Made by a program: the position numbers and the translations under genes
Part shown: positions 29,305 to 41,789 of the stretch, piece by piece
Layout: the number at the start of each line of letters is the position of its first letter
How positions within the stretch are numbered: the first letter of the stretch is position 1
NCBI RefSeq assembly: GCF_009914755.1
Contig: NC_060930.1
Length of the DNA stretch: 64,000 nucleotides
From: the human T2T-CHM13v2.0 reference genome, Homo sapiens
Reading direction: 5' to 3' (one strand)
Notes under the pieces: model-generated
What the model saw: only the letters and a program-made list of their open reading frames with translations
What the model was told of the DNA's origin: nothing
Databases searched by the model: none

Positions 29305-30344
29305 CCGTTTCTTTTCCCTAAAAACTTTCTTTCTGCCCCTTTCTATTTAATCCTTGCCTCCCACCCTCACCCCTTCCCTTCACTCAACCACCACTCTGTT
29401 TTCTGTCACTGCAATCTGAAATTTCTAGAATGTAATGGACGTGCAGTCGTATGTTATGTAGTCCTTCGTTTGGTCTCTCCTTTAGCATAACGATGTTTGA
29501 GATGATGCCATTCACTCATTTTTGTTGCTGAGCAGCTGCTGAGTATTGCGGGAATCCCAGCTTATTTATTGGTTTCTCTGCCTCCAGTTGATAGACATGT
29601 GGATTCCTCCAGTTAGGGCTTGTTATTAATGAAGCCACTATAAATAACTGCTTACAAGTGTGGCCTTACATTTTTATTTCTTTTGGATAAATACATATTT
29701 GTGGAATTGCTGGGCCATGTGGTAATAGATGGGTAACTGTATAAGAAACTGCCATACCACTTTACAAATTGGCTGCCACATTTTTTGCATTCCTACCAGC
29801 AATATCAGACATTCCTATTTTTTCCATATTCTTGACAGTATTTAGACTTATCAAATGTCTTTTTAACTTTACCTATTGTAGGTGATGTGTGATGGTTTCT
29901 CGTTGTGGTTTTAACTTGCACTTCTTTGATGACTAGTATTGTTTGCTATCTTTTCATGTTCATCTAAGTGACTTATTACATATATTTTATGAACTATTTT
30001 GCAAATTCAATGATTAATTCCAGAGACTTTTTCAGAATTCCCTAGTGTTTTCTACATATGCAATGAAGTTGGTGACAAAGACTTTTGTTTCTTCCTTTCC
30101 TATCTATTGATCTTTTTTCTTTTAAAATTATTTTTATTTGGTAGAGATGAGGTCTCACTATCAGGCTGGTCTCAAACTCCTGAACTCAAGTGATCCTTCC
30201 ACCTCAGCCTCCCAAAATGCAGGGATTACAGGCATGAGCCACCATGCCTGGTCCTTCTATTGGTTTCTTATTTCATTTTCTTGCCATGTTGCACTGATTT
30301 GGATGCCTCTTAGGTGTTTAAACAAGAATGATGAGAGCTCACAT

Positions 30345-31716
30345 GTATGTTTACAAGGAACTTAAACAAATTTACAAGAAAAAAAACAGCCCTATCAAAA
30401 ATTGGCAAAGGGTATGAACAGACACTTCTCAGAAGAAAAAACATATGAAAAAAAAGCTCAATATCAATGATCATTAGAGAAAAGCAAATCAAAACCACAA
30501 TGATGTACTATCTCTTGCGAGCCAGAATGGCGATTATTAAAAAGTGAGGAAACAAGAGATGCTGGTGAGGCTGTCGAGAAATAGGAATGCTTTTTCACTG
30601 TTGGTGGGAATGTAAAATAGTTCAACCATTATGGAGGATGGTATGACCATTCCTCAAAGATGTAGAACCAGAAATACTATTTGACCCAGCAATCCCATTA
30701 CTGGGTATATACTCAAAGGAATATCAATCATTCTACTATAAAGACACATGCACAGGTATGTTTATTGCAGCACTATTTTCAATAGCAAAGACATGGAACA
30801 AACCCACATGCCCATCAATGATAGTCTGGGTAAAGAAAATGTGGTAGATATACACCATGGAATACTACACAGCCATAAAAAGGAATGAGTTCATGTCCTT
30901 TGCAGGGACATGGATGAAGCTGGAAGTCATCGTCAGCAAACTAACATGGGAACAGAAAACCTAACACCACGTGTCCTCACTCTTAAGTGGGAGGTGAACA
31001 ATGAGAACACATGGACACAGGGAGGGGAACAACACACACCAGGGCCTTTTGGGGAGTCGGGGGTAAGAGGAGGGAACTTAGAGGATGGGTGAATAGGTGC
31101 AGCAAACCACTATGGCAGACTATACGTATGTAACAAACCTGCACGTTCTGCACATGTATCTGGAACTTAAAGCAAAATAAAATAAATTAAATAAAAAGAG
31201 AAAGTGCGTGACTTACATGTACACATATGTTCATTGAAGCACTATTCACCATAGCAAAGACTTGGAATCAACCTAAATGCCCATCAATGGTAGACTGGAT
31301 AAAGAAAATGTAGCACATATACACCATAGAATACTATACAGCCATAAAAAAGAATGAGAGTACGTCCTTTGCAGGAACATGGATGGAGCTGGAGGCCATT
31401 ATTCTTAGCAAACTAATGCAGGAACAGAAAACTATATACCACATGTTCTCACTTATAAGTGGGAGCTAAATGATGAGAATACATGGACATGCAGAGGGGA
31501 ACAACACACATTGGGGTCCACTTGAGGGTGGAGGGTGGGAGGAGGGAGAGGATCAGGAAAAATAGCTAATGGGAACTAAGACTTAATACTTGGGTGGGTA
31601 CTAATGGGTATAGAAATAATTTGTGAAACAAAACCCCATGACACAAGTTTACCTATATAACAAACCTGCACATGTACCCCTTAACTAAAAATAAAAGTTA
31701 AATTAAAAAAAAAAAA
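30345..31716 (+). mobile_element. Two tandem L1 3'-end fragments (about 30345-31200 and 31205-31716)
   Basis: Each carries the L1 ORF2 end/3'UTR and an A-rich tail. Confidence 0.88.
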
Positions 31717-32791
31717 CAAAGAAAGTGCATGTCTGGAAAGAGCGTATGGTTGGGTTCCGTGTTTTTTTAAACCAAGTCACACTATCTCTGCCCTTCATTG
31801 GAGTGTTGATTCATATAGGTTTTTGTCATTATTGATATGATAAGTTTCACGTCTACCATGTTATTTTCCCGGTTTTTGTTTCTCTGTTCCTCTTGTCCTG
31901 ATCAATGACTTTTTATTAGAAACCATAGAAACAAAAGAAAGTAGAATAACATCTTTAAAGTGCTGGAAGACAAAAAGATCAACTAAGAATTCTATATCCA
32001 GCATAGATGTCCTTCAAGGATAGGCAAATGAGATATTTCAGGTAAAAGAAAATTAAAAGAATTTGTCACCAGCAGATCTGTACAATTACAATTGGTAAAG
32101 AAAATTCTTCAGACTAGAGGCAAATGATACCAGGTGGAAAATGAGATTATCAAAAAAGATGAAGATGATCAAAAATGGTAAGTATTGAGCTAAGTGCAAA
32201 AGGCTATCTTGCTCCCCTCATTTATTCTTACTTTATATACATAGAACTGTTTAAAGATAAGAAAAAGTTTTTTATCGTGGGACTTACAACCTATATAGAT
32301 ATATTACATATAATATCTATACCATAAAAGATGGACATTTTATAGAGGATAAATGGTTGCAATATTTCTATATTTATGGGCACTAGTACATTATTAACTG
32401 AAAGTAGTCTGTGAAATGTTAAGAATGAGTTAAGTTCTGAAGGAAATTGTGACACTAAAAACCATTCAAAAGATCGACAAGTCTCGGAGATGGTTTTTTG
32501 AAAACAAATCCTAGCCAGTCTTGAGTATCATCATCCTACGATTTCAGAACTATCGTGAATATAAAAGTAATCAAAGAACAGTCCTGCCCAGAAAGAGGAG
32601 TTATCCCTAAATATGGTGTCCCTGGGACAGCTGGCCCTCCCTGCTGGACCTCTTCCACATGGATGCTTTCTGCAGTGACTTTGTTGTCTTGCTCTTCCAC
32701 TCTACCCAGTGTCCTGACCCAAGAGACAAGGGGCGTCTGCTGCTGTGTCCACACTTGGAGAAGGAAATCTTGAAGGTGTCAGTACATTACA

Positions 32792-33103
32792 AGCTGGGCA
32801 TGACAGCTCACCCCTGTAATCCCAGCAATTCAGGACGCTAAGGCAAGAGGATTGCTTGAGATCAGGAGTTGGAGACCAGCTTGAACAACATTGTGAGAAC
32901 CTCGTCTCTAAAAGATATAAAAATAAGTAAACTTAGCTGGGCACGGTGGTGGGCACTTGCATTCCCAGGTATTGGGGAGGCTGAGATGGGAAGATCCCTT
33001 GGGCTTATGGATTCAAGTCTGTAGTGAGCTGTGATCGCATCACTGGACTCCAGCCCAGACCACAGAGTGGGATCTTGACTCAAAAAACAACAACAACAAC
33101 AAA
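32792..33103 (+). mobile_element. AluJ with (CAA)n tail
   Basis: Diverged Alu dimer. Confidence 0.85.
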
Positions 33104-33319
33104 CATTGTAAACCTTTGCTCACCATGGGTTATTTTATTTATTATTTATTCAATGTGTATTTTGATTTTATTTTACTGGCAGCACAATAAACCAGGACCT
33201 GCTGAAACTAGAAATCACATCCACTTTCCAGTGTTAAAAAGCCCAGTCCAGGCAGGTGAGGAGACAGTCCTCATTAGCGCTGAGGATTCAGGGAGAATGA
33301 GATGGGCTGGGCAGGAAGG

Positions 33320-33343
33320 TTTTTTTGTTTGTTTGTTTGTTTT
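33320..33343 (+). repeat. (GTTT)n tetranucleotide microsatellite, probably marker C1_4_1
   Basis: Repeat visible; flanks match primer sequences recalled for C1_4_1 (33263-33475, 213 bp). Confidence 0.65.
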
Positions 33344-34494
33344 CTATGAACAAGTGTAACTTTTTATTATGATAGAGTTGTTTTTATTAAAGGAATACAT
33401 GAAAATGGTTAAGTAAAATCAAATGGCTCCAAAAGTCTTACAATGAAAACAACAGTCCTGCCAGTTGTTCTCTCGAGAGGCAAGCACTTTTCATTCTCTT
33501 AGTTTTTCCTCCTGGTAGTTACCTTCATGGGTTTTTCCAAATTATTATTTTTTTTAGTTTTTCAAGTGGGTGCATATATTAATACATGTAATTTTAAAAA
33601 GGCTCTTCAGTTTATAACACACCCTAACAGTCCCCTGCCCCATCCCTCCTAATTCTCCAGAGCAATGACTTTTAACTCTTTTAGCAATGTCTTCTATTTT
33701 TTTCTCACATAACTACTTAGTCATTTCTTGATTATTTTATACATTCTATAGTAATTTCTTGATATGACAGATGAGGATTTAGCTCTTACACCATCAATAT
33801 CTTCACTTTTCCTCCCATATTGTCCCAGAGTAGTTACCAGATTTAGGGGCTAAGTAGTCACCACATCATTATGAGTATGTACATATTGCTCATTGTTGAG
33901 AAAAACAGAGTATTATGCTCTTGCTTCCTGTCTTGTGCTTCCTTCTGCCCTAGAATTAATGATTGCCTAACCAACCTTCCCCCTTGTTTTTTTTTTTTTT
34001 AACTTTTGCTTTATCTTCAATGAACTACTTTCCAAATGCCCCAAATCTGGCAATAACCTATTATTATTTTTAAGAGAAGGGAATCTTACTATGGTGGCCA
34101 GGCTGGTCTGGAAATCTTGGGCTCAAGCCAACCTCTTGCTTAGCCTCCTGAGTAGCTGGAACTACAGGCATGGGCCATTCCACCCAGCTAACCTATTAAT
34201 ATTTTTACTGTTTCTTTTTAAAGCCAGCTCCATAGCTGGAATATTTCCTGTGTTGGATCCTATTTGCTGGATCCATGTCATTCTCTGGTTTGTCTACTCC
34301 TTCATTTTGCTGGAGTATTTTCTCCAATAGTTTCCCAACAAAAGATACATGGAGGTAACCCCTGAGTCTTTGCTTGCCTAAAAATGTATTATTTTACCTT
34401 CACCCTTGATTATTTGGCTGAATATAGATTTATTTGTTGAAAATAACTTTCTTTCTGGAATTCTGAAGGCATGGCTCCATTGTTTTCAGCTTCT

Positions 34495-34772
34495 TTTTCG
34501 AGACAAGGTCTCTTCTGTCACCCAGGCTGGAGTGCAGTGGCACAATCACAACTCACTGCAGCCTCGAACTCGCAGGCTCAATTGATCCTTCCATCTCAGC
34601 TCCTTGAGTAGATGGGACTACAGGTGTGCACCAAAATGCCCAGCTAACTTTTGTATTTTTTGTAGAGATGGGGCTTCACCATGTTGCCCAAGCTGATCTC
34701 AAGGTATCTGCCTGTCTCTGCCTCCCAAAATGCTGAGCCACTGTATTACAGGCATGAGCCACTATGCCTGGC
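34495..34772 (-). mobile_element. AluJ inside the DHFRP2 3'UTR region
   Basis: Antisense Alu consensus. Confidence 0.85.
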
Positions 34773-35062
34773 CAGTTTTTCTTTTATTCTCTCTCTACTT
34801 TCTTCATTTCTCAAAGGCATCTCAAACTCAGTGGGCCCAAACCCAGGGCAAACTCCATCAGAATATCCTGCTACTTCTGACTTTAAAATATATCTTAAAT
34901 CACAGTTTCTTACTACATGCAACCCTTTGGTTCAAACTACCATCATCCCTCACTTGAACTTAGAATTGGTTTTCCTGCTTCTGTATTTTTTTAAAACATA
35001 AAATATTTCAAATAAACCATGTGTGGCTTTATACTTTTTACTACATAAAAAGAATAAAGATC

Positions 35063-35349
35063 TGGGGTGGCTCAAGCCTGTAATCCCAGCACTTTGGGAG
35101 GCCGAGGCGGGCGGATCACTTTAGGTCAGGAGTTCGAGACCAGCCTGACCAACATTGTGAAACCCCGTCTTCACCAAAAACACAAAATTAGCCGGGCGTC
35201 GTGGCACGTGCCTGTAGTCCCAGCTACATGGGAGCCTGAGGCAGGAGAATCATTTGAACCTGGGAAGTCAGAGGTTGCAGTGAGCTGAAGTTGCGCCATT
35301 GCACTCCGTCAGGGTAACAAGAGCGAAACTGTCAAAAAAAAAAAAAAAA
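35063..35349 (+). mobile_element. AluS inside the DHFRP2 3'UTR (probably inherited from the DHFR mRNA)
   Basis: Alu dimer and A tail; junction resembles the antisense Alu of the DHFR 3'UTR as recalled. Confidence 0.88.
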
Positions 35350-38300
35350 GATATGAAGAGCTTATATACTTAAACATGAAATTGCTTTAAGTGTTTGCCA
35401 TTCACTGTTCACATGCATGCCAGCAGCTTCTTACTGCAAACACCTGGGACTTGCTATAGAGCAGCTGGAGTACATTCTGCCCACACACAGGACAGGGAGC
35501 TGACAACCAAGGAGTGGGGGATCAATATGCCAGCTTTCTCCCCTCCGTTTCCCTGTATCTCAGCAGTATGGAGTTTGTTACCAGTGAGAACCTGCTCACT
35601 GACTTTAAACTGGTTTTCTTACCTTCTCAGTTCCATTTCTCCGTACCTCAATTGATGATTTCTGGTAAGACCTAGAAAATAAACTGCTTTCACTGAAATT
35701 GCAGTCTTGGAACCTGCTTTGGGTTCCCCAAAAGACAGAAATATATTCATTTTCCCATCACTGGACTTCCAGGTTGTTTTCAATTTTTCACTGTTACAAA
35801 CAAGGCTGCAACATTTGCGTGCAAACCTCTGGGTATACACGTAAGGAGCTTTCGGTATTTCCCACTAGTGAAACTTCTCAGTTGGAGGGTATGTGCATCT
35901 TCATCTTTAAGAAATACTACCAGCATTTGAAAAGCCCGACAATGTCAAGGACTGGCAAGAGTCCCATATGCGATGGGTGTGGAATGGCAGCTCACTGTAG
36001 CAGGTGCTGGGGACTCAGTCAGGGTCTTGGAGAGGCACTTAGTTATAGCAAGAATATTTCATAAGTGGTATCTGATATAGTCAAGATTAGTGGGGAGTAA
36101 AAACATGTTGCTTAGAAATAATTATCCAAAGATCTAAAGTCAACAAAAGTCTTTTTTTCTAATGTAAAAATATAAACTTTTTTTTCAGAGGGAGGGGGAA
36201 CAACTTAAAATAAACCAGAAAACACCTTCATATTAATCATTCTTCTCATATACTTGAAATTTGTACTTAATACATCCGAGAGAACGCCTGGATATTCTGG
36301 CAGAATTTTATATTTCTCCAAATCAATTTCTGGAAAAAACGTGTCACTTTCAAAGTCCTGCATGATCCTTGTCACAAATAGTTTAAGATGGCCTGGGCGA
36401 CTCATGGCTTCCTTATAAACAGAACTGCCACCAACTATCCAAATCATGTCTACTCTATTTGCTAATTCTGGTTGTTAAGTAAGTTTTAAGATCTCATCCA
36501 GACTTCTGGCAAGAAAATGAGCTCGTTGTGGAGGTTCCTTGAGTTCTCTGCTGAGAACTAAATTAATTCTATCCTTTGAAGGTCGATTCTTCCCAGGAAT
36601 GGAGAACCAGGTCTTCCTACACAAAATCACCAGATTCTGTTTACCTTCTACTGAAGAGATTGTGTCATTCTCTGGAAATACCTAAATTCATTCCTGAGCG
36701 GCGGCCAGGGCAGGTCCCCGTTCTTGCCGATGCCCATGTTCTGAGACACAGCGACGATGCAGTTTAGCAAACGAACCATGACAGCAGCGGTGAGCTCCTC
36801 CAAGCCCGCTCGCTACACCAGGACGCGCGGCCAAGATTGGCCGGAAGGTTTTTACTTGGAAACTGGAGGATGAGCCATGACATCCCTCTCTCCACCTCAA
36901 AGCTCGTCCTGGGCATCCACCTCCTGGGAGCAGAAGCAGCGCAGCAGCGCCACCTGGTGGTCGATGCGCTTCCTTTGCAGATCACGCACAGCCCTGAGAT
37001 CCACCTCTCCTTCCTACGCACCACGCATTTCTTCACTGGACACCAGCCTGCGTCAATCTTCCTGTAAAGCAAAAGAAGCGTGAGGTTGGTGGGGGAGGAA
37101 TGGTGTTATCTCCACCTTTGGCGAGATCCATGTCACCGTGTTCAGGGGAAGGGCCAGGCCTTACTCCCCATGCAGAGAGGAGGCTCTGGCCGTGAAGGCG
37201 CCTGTGGAGAGGTGAGGACCCGCTCCCTCTACACTGATGGCCAAGAGCCTGCAGATGGCGGGGAAGGCTTCCCTTCAGCTGTGTCCTATCAGGTTCTTCC
37301 AGGAGTCCAGGAGTAGACCTGCATATTGCCTCTGGTGATGTGAGCTGCATGCACACCTAGAAGTGAGGTCACCCCTTCTGGGGGTCCTGGGGCTGCTGGT
37401 TGTCCTGGGTGCTCAGAGGGAAGATGCGGAGGGGGCTTCGTGCAAAACAGTAACCATACTCTATAAATTATTTTTTCATTAGCCTTTGTGTCATAAAATA
37501 AAATCTAGGACTCCAAAAGGAAAAAAAGAAGGTCTAAAATTTGTGTCCTTTAATAAAAAGTAAACACCCATTAACCACCAAGGATAGACGTTTGCGGAGC
37601 AAACCAGAAGCCCCATCATTTGCCCCAGCTCAGCAATAAACTCTTTCCTCCCCCAAATAAAAATACATCCTGACTTTTACGATCATAACTTCTTTGTTCT
37701 ATTTTATATTTTTATCATCCAAAACTATGATTTAGTTTTACCTTTAGAAATATGCTTTTGTTCTCTTTTATTCTATAGATTCTTTCTTGAAATTTATATT
37801 GTGCATTTTGCTGATTGCTCCCCAAGCCATTGTTTGAATATGTGTTTTTATTATCTGTATTGCCTCTAAATTGGTAATTGGCTATGGAGGTTAGCTTCTA
37901 TTCAGGCTTGATTTCTTTCTCACTTGTATTTGTTTGATGGTGCTGTATTGTGTTCTTCCATCAAGAGGAAGAACCTCACATTAGTTTTTTTTATTGTGTT
38001 GTTAATCGCCATTGCTGTTCAATGGTTAAATCTGTTAATTCTTGATGGGTTGCAAAAGAGTTATTATAGTCTCAGTCTCTCATTCCTTCCTCATTTATTA
38101 TCTGAATAATTTCTAAGTAAGAGATTCACCCTCCTGTACTGTTTGTTTACTACTAGAAACTTGCTTTTTGAGAGACTAAGCAAAGCATCTACTCACCTAT
38201 GACCCAGCAATAGCAGTCTTAGTTATCAACCAATAGAAATGCATGTATGTGTGTGCCAAAATATATGAAAATATTATTCATAGCATCACGATTTGTAAAA

Positions 38301-38829
38301 TCTGGATATAACACAATTGTCTATCAACAGCAAAGGGACAAGAAATGTGAGCTATTTATAAAGTGGAGCATTGGACAGCCATGGGAGTGAATAGGCTATG
38401 ACCACACACAGCAGGATGATGAGACCCAGGAGCATGATGGTGACTGTATAATGCCATTCAACTGGAACTGGCAGAACTTATCTGTGTTAGAAATCAGGAG
38501 TGGCTACTCTAGGGTTGGGGAGGGTGGTTTGTGACTGAGTAAGATCCAGTGATGTTTCTGGGAGGCTGTGATTGGTGTACTTTGATGTGGGTGTTGTTTA
38601 CCTGAGTGTTCACTATGTGAAACTCCACTGCCCACTTGTGGATTGTCCTTCTTTCTCCACGCATGCTGTCCTTCACTCAAATATACTTTGCTGATGTTTT
38701 GAAGCAATTCTATCTACGCTAAGAAGAATCGCTCCTACTGCACATCCTTGGAAATGCTGGATTGAAAAAATTAGTGCAATTGTTTTTAATTCCAGGAAAC
38801 AAATACATATAAAGAGGAAAATCTACAAC

Positions 38830-39335
38830 AAGAGCAGTAGGTTTGGGAGCTGACACCAGAACAGCTTTGGAAATGGCTCTCGAGCCAGGAACTGGGGATC
38901 AAACCCAAACAAACCCATAGGAGGTGGGGGGTGTGAAATGATGTCCAATAGCGCATGAATGAACGAGTCATGGGCAGTGGCTCATGGCTTGGCTGGCCAG
39001 TCACAAACTTGAGGAAAATAGAGTTGGAAAACTGGGAGGTAGAGGAGAGAGGTACGCATAGACCTCTTGCTATAGGCCGAGTGTGTGACGATAGTGGTTG
39101 TGTGTGGATGCCTACCAGAGGGTCTTTAAGGGGATGGGGCTCCCTGTAACCAGGTGGGTGAGATGGCTTGATGGACGATGCCACTCAGCCACACAGGCCT
39201 TGCTCATGGAGTCCCTGCACAAAGTGGCCATGGTGGCTGCGATGGACACTGCATGGGCACAGCAATTGAGTCGCCACTCACCAAGGCTGACCTGGCAGCT
39301 GCCACTGCTGAGGGCCCAGCCCACCAAAAGCAGCT
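38830..39335 (+). mobile_element. ERVL pol (RNaseH/integrase) fragment
   Basis: GGCCATGGTGGC..GCATGGGCACAGCAA..CTCACCAAGGCTGACCTGGC resembles the ERVL integrase zinc-finger region (PLTKADLA). Confidence 0.7.
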
Positions 39336-39994
39336 GTTTTTTTGACGGAGAAATAAAACAGGCAGTGGTAATTAAGAATAAAATAACATTATGACAGATA
39401 AATATGCCACTAAAGATATAGTAGAGGTTTAAATAATTTTGAGACTATGAACAAGATTATGGCAATGGGGAGAACTTACTACAAGTAAAGAAGTTAAAAC
39501 AGTTGTAAAACTTTTTTTCCGTTCAGGCATATCCAGACTGTCTTACACATAAGTTCTACCAAAACTTTGAAGAAGGTTACTGAACTTATACGTAATATTC
39601 AAGAGAATGAGGAAACATAGAGAAAGCCAGTAAACTCATTATTGTTTATGTATAAATAACATTGATTCTAAAGCCAGCTAGGGAATACATAAGAGAAAAG
39701 CATGATAAGATAATCACTTCTAAGCAATTAGAGGTAAAAATCCTGAGAAAAATAATACTAGATTGTGTCCACCAATGAGCTATAAATAAATTAAATATCC
39801 TGCCCAGGTTATTCATCCCCAGAATACAAGAATATTTAAACTTTAAATCTGTAATGCATTTTACCACTTAATTAAAGAATAAAAGACGGAGATAATGACG
39901 TTTTATTAGATGCAGAAATTACTGCAGATGAAATTCAACACTCCATCTCACCCACATTTCTTCAGTTATCTCCACTTCTAAGAACTTGTGATCA

Positions 39995-40101
39995 GTACTC
40001 GCTTTGGCAGCACATATATTAAAATAGGAATGATACAGAGAAGATCAGCACGGCCCCTGCACAAGGGTGACATGCAAATTCATGAAGCATTCCATATTTT
40101 T
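39995..40101 (+). pseudogene. U6 snRNA pseudogene (probably RNU6-283P)
   Basis: Full-length GTACTCGCTTTGGCAGCACATATA..ATACAGAGAAGAT..ATTCCATATTTT with the ACAGAGA box; CpG decay; no obvious PSE/TATA upstream. Confidence 0.93.
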
Positions 40102-41787
40102 AAACTCTCAATAAACTAGGTATTGAAGGAACATACTTCAAAATAATAAAAGTCATCTATGACAAACCCACAACCAATATCATACTGAATGGGCAAAAGC
40201 TGGAAGCATCCCCCTTTAACACCAGCACAAGGCAAGGATGCCTTCTCTCACCATTCCTGTTCAACATAGTATTGGAAGTTCTGGCCAGGACTATCAGGTA
40301 AGAGAAAGAAAGGATATTCAAATAGGAAGAGAGGAAGTCAAATTGTCTTTGTTTGCAAGTGACATGATCCTATATCTAGAAAACCCTATTGTTTCGGCTG
40401 AAAAGCTTCTTAAGCTGAAAGGCAACTTCCGTTAAGTCTCAGGGTACAAAATCAGTGTGCAGAAGCCATAAGCATTCCTATACACCAACAATAGACAAGC
40501 AGAGTCAAATCGTGAATAAACTTCTATTCACAATTGCTACAAACAGAATAAGATGCCTAGGAATACAGCTCACAAGGGAATTGAAGGATCTCTTCAAGGA
40601 GAACTACAAACTGCTTCTTAAGTAACTCAGAGAGGACACAGACAAATGGAAAAACACTCCATACTCAGGGATAGAAAGAATCAATATTGTGAAAATGGTC
40701 ATACTGCCCGAAGTAATTTATAGATTCAATGCTATTCTCATTGAACTACCATTGACATTTCTCACAGAATTAGAAGAAACTATTTTAAAATTCATATAGA
40801 TGATTGACATTAAAGGTAAAATTAAAATTAATATATAAAATAAAACTCAAAATTTTCAAGCCATTTGGAGCTTGTCTTGAGCTAATGAGATTAAGCTCAT
40901 GTCCTCAAGAAAAATGTTTTACTCTGCTGTTTTTAAGGGTGCTTCTATAGAAAGAGTTTGAGAATCATTAATATGGATTATAGAAAATTAATCATGCTTC
41001 ATTTAAAAATAAATGTATTTAATCCTAAAGATAGCTTTACTTAAAATGTTTATTGTTGCAGACAAGAAATCTATCTTATTTGAAAAATCAGAAATCGGAC
41101 ATGTCAGTGATTATAGGTTTTTTTTAAAATCTGAACATGAAAAAGTTTTCCCCAGTTTTAAGATAATTTACCATGCTATTCAAGTCAGCCTAAAATTTTA
41201 AAAAGCTACTACATAATAAGGTAGGGGTTGAAAAAAGAAATATTTCAGATTCAGAGAATTGTCTTTTTTTAGTACTAACTAAAACATTTAAAAAACTACA
41301 TTTAATGATGTCATTCTAAATTGACTCAGTAATATTAAATGAGTTATTTATGTTCCAGCAAACAGTGGATGAATGTGTCTATGGAGAGCATTGTTTCAAA
41401 ATGTTTTAACAAATATATCATTGAAGTTCTTGCTATTTTATTCAATTTCAGCCACTATTCTTTTTAGTTGATTTTTTTGTCAATCTTAAATTTTCAAAAG
41501 AAAGATTGTTTTCAAATTATTTTATATTTAATGAATAAAGTTATACATTACTGATTATTTAAATTGAAAAAAAATAAAAATAAAATTCATATAGAACCAA
41601 AAAGAACTTGTATAGCCAAGACAATCCTAAGCTAAAAGAACAAAGCTGGAGGCATCATGCTACTTGACTTCAAACTATACTACAAGGCTACAGTAATCAA
41701 AACAGCATGGTACTGGTACAAAAACAGACACATAGACCAATGGAATAGAATAGAGAACTCAGAAATAAGACCACACATCTACAACTA
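40102..41787 (+). mobile_element. L1 ORF2 fragment fused directly to U6, interrupted at 40801-41580
   Basis: AAACTCTCAATAAACTAGGTATTGA..; peptides [19 protein letters not shown] and [21 protein letters not shown]. Confidence 0.9.
40801..41580 (+). other. Anonymous 780-bp AT-rich polyadenylated retro-insertion
   Basis: 15-bp TSD TAAAATTCATATAGA (40786-40800, 41581-41595); AATAAA at 41534-41539; A-rich tail 41567-41580. Confidence 0.85.
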
Positions 41788-41789
41788 TG

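Larger units (their letters stand above)
33325..36842 (-). pseudogene. DHFRP2: DHFR processed pseudogene incl. 5'UTR, disabled CDS (36779->36233) and long Alu-containing 3'UTR
   Basis: [31 protein letters not shown].., [40 protein letters not shown]; intronless; frameshift near 36665, internal TAA, deletion near the C-terminus; AATAAA, decayed tail and TSD GGAAGGTTTTT. Confidence 0.95.

Noticed and set aside
36205-36779. Possible functional second DHFR gene
   Set aside because: Frameshift near 36665, in-frame TAA and a C-terminal deletion
39995-40101. Functional U6 snRNA gene
   Set aside because: Many substitutions, no evident Pol III upstream elements, fused to L1
41601-41612. AAGAACTTGT as the 3' TSD of the U6/L1 chimera (matches 39980-39989)
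   Set aside because: Lies within continuing L1 ORF2 sequence with no preceding polyA; probably coincidental
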